NCBI GenBank assembly: GCA_963825525.1
Contig: CAWGTN010000002.1
Coordinates: 544,001-608,000 of the forward strand
From: an uncultured Chloroflexia bacterium
GTDB taxonomy: Bacteria; Chloroflexota; Limnocylindria; QHBO01
DNA length: 64,000 nucleotides
Direction of reading: 5' to 3'
The notes under the pieces were generated by a model, which saw nothing but the letters and a program-made list of their open reading frames with translations, was not told the DNA's origin and searched no databases. Below are positions 61,510 to 64,000 of the stretch, one piece after another. The translations under genes and the position numbers were made by a program. Each line of letters opens with the position of its first letter. Positions within the stretch are counted from its first letter, which is position 1.

Positions 61510-61836
61510 TCAGTGCGGATCCCGCTCCTGGCCGCGCGCAAAGTCGCCCTGGTGCTCGTCCGCGTGCTCGTGGCCGGCATCCTGTTCCTGGCCCTCGGCG
61601 AAGTCGCCGCGCCGCTCATCATGGATGCTCGAATGGCCGCCCTGCTGACCCTCGGCGAAGTCGCCGCGGTGGTCCTTGTCGAGGGTATCGGCTTCCTTCT
61701 CCTGGCCCTTCGCGTACCCGCCGTGCTCGTCGTGATCGTCGTGCTCGTGACCGGCGTGGTCATGACCGGCGTGGTCGTGCGAGTGGCCGTGGTCATCATG
61801 CGAATGACCGTGATCGTCGTGGGAATCATCGCCCAT
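61510..61836 (-). CDS. Small His/Asp-rich protein with repeated GDFAEGQ motif
   Basis: 108 aa; RBS GGAG; N-terminal (HDDHGHS)n tract; four G(D/G)(F/Y)A(E/K/R)GQ units. Confidence 0.7.
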   Translation of the reverse strand: MGDDSHDDHGHSHDDHGHSHDHAGHDHAGHEHDDHDEHGGYAKGQEKEADTLDKDHRGDFAEGQQGGHSSIHDERRGDFAEGQEQDAGHEHADEHQGDFARGQERDPH

Positions 61837-61882
61837 GCCCGGGTCTCCCAGCGAATGTGAGGGCCCTATTGTGGACCCGGGG

Positions 61883-62230
61883 TCAACCCGGTTGTGTCCG
61901 TTCTCCGCGCGCCGCCGATCGTCGTCTCAGCAGTCGGAATCCGACGGCCGCCGCGAACACGATGGCCGCCACCCCGAGGCCGACGTACAGCGCGAATGGC
62001 ATGTTCGGCCACTGGAAGCTGAAGACGACGAACCCGGCGGCCAGGGCAACCACGCCGGCGCGAATCCAGAAGCGGCGAGGGGAGGGGGCGCTCGGTGCAG
62101 AGCCCGCCCTGCGTGCTGCCCGCTTGGCGGCATTCCGCTCCGCACGGGCTCGGGCCGCGGGGGGCAGCGAGGCTCCGCGCTCCATGCTCTTCATCTGGCG
62201 CTCGTACTGGCGCCGTTCCTCGCGCGACAT
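61883..62230 (-). CDS. Hypothetical membrane protein (basic N-terminus, 2 TM helices)
   Basis: 115-aa ORF; -10 TAGACT 8 nt upstream of the ATG. Confidence 0.7.
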   Translation of the reverse strand: MSREERRQYERQMKSMERGASLPPAARARAERNAAKRAARRAGSAPSAPSPRRFWIRAGVVALAAGFVVFSFQWPNMPFALYVGLGVAAIVFAAAVGFRLLRRRSAARGERTQPG

Positions 62231-62251
62231 CGGTCAGCAGTCTAGCGACGC

Positions 62252-63625
62252 TCAGGCGCGCGGGTCGACCGACCGCGGCGCCGGGCGCCGGGTACCTGAC
62301 GGCCCCATGCCGGCCGCGCCGGGATAGTCGACCTTGAGCTGCACCGGGTCCGAGCCGAAGATCGCGTTGAGGAACCAGTCGAGGCCGACCCGCGCCTTGC
62401 CCCCGATGCCCGGCACCCGGCTCCAGTAGTAGCCGCGCCACATGAACCACGCCAGCCAGCCCCGGACGCGGATCCCGAACACCACCCCGACCCCGGTGCG
62501 ATGGCCGATGCTGGCCAGGGTGCCGATGGTGCGGTACCTGAACGGCTCGATATCCCGCTTCCGGCCGTCGATGTCGGCCACGATGTTCTTCGCCAGCCGC
62601 TTCGCCTCGCGCACCGCGTTCTGGGCGGTCGGCGCATGGAAGGCACCGTCCTCGCCGACCTTCGGCACCAGGGCGCAGTCGCCGATGGCCCACACGCCCT
62701 CGCGGCTCGTCTCCATGCTGGCCGAAACCAGCGCGCGTCCGGCCTTGTCGACCTCGATCCCCGACTCGCTCACGACCGGTGACGGCCGCACGCCGCCGGT
62801 CCAGATGACGGTCCTCGATGGGATGAACTCGCCGTCGCCGATGACGACCCCGTCGGCTCGCACCTCCTTGATCGCGGTGTCGGTGTGGATCTGGAAGCCG
62901 CGCTTCGCCAGCTTGTCGGCGGCGTACTCGCCCATGCCCTCTGGCATCTCGGCCAGCAGGCGCGCGCCGATCTCGACGATGTGGCCACGAGGCTCGTCGG
63001 CGCCGATCTTGGCGTAGTAGCGCCGTCGAACGCGGCGCACGAAGTCCTCGACCTCGCCAGCGGTCTCGACACCGGAGAAGCCACCGCCGCCGATGACGAA
63101 CGTGAGCTGAGCCTGCCGCTCTTCCCTGTCGTCTTCCAGCTCGGCTCGCTCGAGCATCTCGATGATCCGGTTGCGGAGCGCGAACGCATCGGCCAGCGTC
63201 TTCATGCCTGCCGTGAACTCGGGGATGCCGGGGATGCCGAACGTGGCGGTCTCGCCGCCAAGCGCGATCACGAGCGTGTCGTAGTTGAGCCGATGCGGGT
63301 CGCCATCTCCGCCCAGGACCGTGACCTGCTTTGCGTCGAGGTCGATCTTCTCAACGACCGCGGTGACGGCCCAGCTCGACGGTCGCTTGAGCTGCGCGCG
63401 CAGCGCGGTGACGGAGTGGCGCGCCTCGAGCATCCCGGAGCACACCTCGGGCAGCAACGGCGTGAACAGGGTGAAATTCTCGCGACTGACGAGCCAGATC
63501 TCGATGTCGTCGCGACGGCGGGCCAACTTCTCGAGGTGTCGTGCGGTCTCGACGCCGGCGAACCCGCCGCCCAGGACCAGGACGCGGTGCGGCCACGGTG
63601 GGTCGGAGCGGTAGATCGTGCGCAT
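62252..63625 (-). CDS. ndh: Type II NADH dehydrogenase / NAD(P)/FAD-dependent oxidoreductase
   Basis: LGGGFAG, F.PLL.EV, GGGFSGVE.AGE, IWT.GV, WAIGD, PTAQ.A..E, G.LA.IG, G..AW..WR..Y. Confidence 0.88.
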   Translation of the reverse strand: MRTIYRSDPPWPHRVLVLGGGFAGVETARHLEKLARRRDDIEIWLVSRENFTLFTPLLPEVCSGMLEARHSVTALRAQLKRPSSWAVTAVVEKIDLDAKQVTVLGGDGDPHRLNYDTLVIALGGETATFGIPGIPEFTAGMKTLADAFALRNRIIEMLERAELEDDREERQAQLTFVIGGGGFSGVETAGEVEDFVRRVRRRYYAKIGADEPRGHIVEIGARLLAEMPEGMGEYAADKLAKRGFQIHTDTAIKEVRADGVVIGDGEFIPSRTVIWTGGVRPSPVVSESGIEVDKAGRALVSASMETSREGVWAIGDCALVPKVGEDGAFHAPTAQNAVREAKRLAKNIVADIDGRKRDIEPFRYRTIGTLASIGHRTGVGVVFGIRVRGWLAWFMWRGYYWSRVPGIGGKARVGLDWFLNAIFGSDPVQLKVDYPGAAGMGPSGTRRPAPRSVDPRA

Positions 63626-63697
63626 GTCGCAATGATCATGGCACGCCCGTGGGACGGGCGGTTCTGGCGGGGCCGCGGCCCTGGGTCGGCGTGTTGT

Positions 63698-64000
63698 TGA
63701 CAACTGCGCGCCTGATTCGCGTTAGCCGGTTGCGTGAGGCACCGCCGGCCTCGCCCACGCTCGCGGGTGCGTGATTCCGCGTGGCCACAGCCCGCTAATG
63801 CGAACCACACGGGCGGTTGTCAGGGGAGGGTCGCGCTACGCGCCCGGATGCGTTCGCGTTGACAACTGCGCGCCTGGTTCGCGTTAGCCGGTTGCGTGGG
63901 TACCGCCGGCCTCGCCCACGCTCGCGGGTACGTGATCCACGCGGCCACGCCACGGGGAGGGGTCTCGGTGACCGAGGGGATCCCGTGCGCGTGACAACTG
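63698..64000. repeat. Tandem array of family A inverted-repeat elements (full copy 63698-63822, truncated copy from 63860, third copy starting 63992)
   Basis: TGACAACTGCGCGCCTG.TTCGCGTTAGCCGGTTGCGTG repeats at 63698 and 63860, and TGACAACTG at 63992; right arm GCTAATGCGAACC...GCGGTTGTCA at 63794-63822. Confidence 0.85.

Noticed and set aside
61494-61860. Alternative readings of the His-rich locus (Thr-rich frame 61494..61829; hydrophobic antisense frame 61042..61860)
   Set aside because: By-products of CAC/GAC codon repeats; frame 61510..61836 has an RBS and a coherent protein-level repeat.
63698-64000. Possible CRISPR array
   Set aside because: The intervening sequences are near-identical to each other, the units are ~130-160 bp, and no cas genes are present; it is a tandem palindromic element.

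Overview
High-GC bacterial chromosomal segment. The gene content suggests Chloroflexota (transcriptional T-box riboswitch, TrpR/YerC-type his regulator, Bacillus-like bkd cluster); this is inference only. It is mostly housekeeping: valS with a Val T-box, tig-clpP-(ogt)-clpX, tRNA-Leu and tRNA-Lys, an M16 peptidase pair, a his operon, a 2-oxoacid dehydrogenase cluster with lipA/lipB, an ArsR-SRPBCC cassette, ggt, an ABC-2 exporter and ndh. Notable points: (1) an extended cyanophycin locus, in which cphB-cphA is followed by a CphA paralogue lacking the whole ATP-grasp domain that shares a tiny bidirectional promoter with an M20 carboxypeptidase; (2) a natural in-frame HisD-HisC fusion under a HisR-like repressor with a visible operator; (3) a 12-gene glycerol/DHA/PTS operon interleaved with the phospholipid genes plsY and pgsA; (4) two families of ~125-131 bp intergenic inverted-repeat elements plus a long orphan hairpin; (5) pervasive leaderless-type promoters; (6) three +1 frameshifts (hisH, E1-alpha, ggt) that are probably sequence errors.
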